Assembly (NCBI RefSeq): GCF_963921235.1
Contig: NC_086097.1
Coordinates: 110,920,001 to 110,984,000 of the forward strand
Source: Mobula hypostoma
Lineage: Eukaryota
DNA length: 64,000 bases
Direction of reading: 5' to 3'
Below, in pieces: positions 63,870 through 64,000 of this stretch; position 1 is the first letter of the stretch, and each line of letters starts with the position of its first letter. The notes under the pieces were generated by a model. That model was not told the DNA's origin. It made no database searches and saw only the letters and a list, made by a program, of their open reading frames with translations. The translations under genes were made by a program, and so were the position numbers.

Positions 63870-64000
63870 CAGGGGTCCCCAACCTTTTTTGCAAAACGGA
63901 CCGGTTTGTTATTCGCAATATTCTTGCGGACCTGCCAACCCGGGGGGGGGGGGGGGGGAGGCTTGCCAACGGACAAGAGTAGCAATCAACTACGTTGTGT
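63870..64000. mobile_element. hAT (Charlie-type) element end, truncated by window
   Basis: atctagat|CAGGGGTCCCCAACCTTTTTTGC; homologous to the right end of 57939-59069. Confidence 0.8.

Noticed and set aside
1..64000. CRISPR array or prokaryotic system
   Set aside because: No regularly spaced repeats or operon structure; the sequence is a spliced vertebrate gene with TE-rich introns

Overview
Eukaryotic vertebrate genomic DNA; the repeat repertoire suggests a cartilaginous fish, probably a ray (inference). The window lies inside the middle/3' part of GOLGA4 (golgin-245) on the minus strand. Six confident coding exons, including a 4,223-nt coiled-coil exon, plus one candidate 30-nt micro-exon splice in frame through GT-AG introns. 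The N-terminal and GRIP-domain exons lie outside the window. The introns are mostly decayed, nested transposable elements: CR1/HER1-type, Rex1/Babar, L1, RTE/BovB-like, Penelope-like (PLE), tRNA-derived SINEs, solo LTRs, and hAT, Tc1, Tigger and Chapaev3-like DNA transposons. The most interesting signal is a family of minimal type I hammerhead-ribozyme motifs in the PLE terminal repeats. One copy has an intact core on the GOLGA4 pre-mRNA strand, and two copies form a TSD-flanked 174-bp palindrome next to an exon. There is also a tandemly duplicated splice-acceptor region. Family assignments come from recognising motifs, not from database searches.
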